A DNA stretch of 64,000 nt from Squalus acanthias (Eukaryota), in assembly GCA_030390025.1 (NCBI GenBank), contig CM059432.1, positions 115,818,001 through 115,882,000 of the forward strand. The letters run 5' to 3'. Positions 63,414 to 64,000 of this stretch are shown here, piece by piece (the first letter of the stretch is position 1; every line of letters starts with the position of its first letter). The notes beneath the pieces were generated by a model. The model saw only the letters and a program-made list of their open reading frames with translations, had not been told where the DNA came from and did no database searches. A program made the position numbers and the translations under genes.

Positions 63414-64000
63414 GATCCAAACTTTTACCAACCTTTGTGTGTAGAAGTGTTTCCTAATTTCACTCCTGAAAGGTCTGGCTCTAAATTTTAGACTATGCCC
63501 TCGAGTCCTAGAATCCCCAACCAGCGGAAATAGTTTCTCTCTATCTACCCTATCTGTTCCCCTTAATATCTTGAAAACTTCAATCAAATCACCCCTGAAC
63601 CTTCTACAGTCTAGGGAATACATCCCTAATTTGTGTAATCTCTCCTCGTAACTTAACCCTTGAAGTCCGGGTATCATTCTGGTAAACCTACGCTGCACTC
63701 CCTCCAAGGCCAATATATCCTTCCTAAGGTCCCAGAACTGCTCACAGTACTCCGGGTGTGGTCTAACCAGGGTTTTGTATAGCTGCAGCATAACTTCTAC
63801 CCCCTTGTATTCTAGTCCTCTATATATAAAGGCCAGCATTCCATTAGCCTTTTTGATTATTTTCTGTACCTGTTCATGACATTTTAATGATCTATGTACC
63901 TGGACCCCCAAGTCTCTTTGGACATCCACTGTTTTTAGCTTTTTACCAATTAGAAAATACCCTGTTCTCTCCTTTTTAGGTCCAAATTGGATGACCTCAT
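63414..64000 (-). mobile_element. CR1 RT C-terminal fragment, no 3' tail, runs off window
   Basis: ORF 63396-63929: QRDLGV, KANGMLAFI, RGDLIEVFK, TRGHSLK. Confidence 0.92.

Noticed and set aside
63400..63416. GGCACAGACACGAT resembling a CR1 3' UTR piece at the transposase/CR1 junction
   Set aside because: Only ~14 nt and partly overlapping transposase codons; origin cannot be supported.

Overview
Eukaryotic, almost entirely transposon-derived DNA with no recognisable host gene. The repeat content suggests a cartilaginous fish (shark-like) genome; this is an inference from SacSINE1-type tRNA/Deu SINEs, abundant CR1 LINEs, Penelope termini and Harbinger elements. The window holds at least six PIF/Harbinger DNA transposons, each with a HARBI1-like DDE transposase and/or a convergent 3-exon Myb/SANT gene, plus several Harbinger-type MITEs. 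It also holds about 12 CR1 fragments, a Tx1-clade LINE, a second CR1/L2-group LINE, three solo LTRs, three SINEs and Penelope remnants. Highlights: (1) a Tx1 insertion with a full twin-priming 5' inversion bounded by a 16-bp TSD; (2) an intact minimal hammerhead ribozyme in a 129-bp Penelope terminus; (3) a six-level nested insertion stack at 19.9-29.4 kb; (4) a spliced Harbinger Myb gene that is still open for 466 codons; (5) a MITE family carrying promoter motifs, splice donors and a palindrome with a compensatory substitution; (6) Harbinger TSDs that depart from the usual TWA/CWG. All family assignments come from motif recognition by eye, with no database searches.
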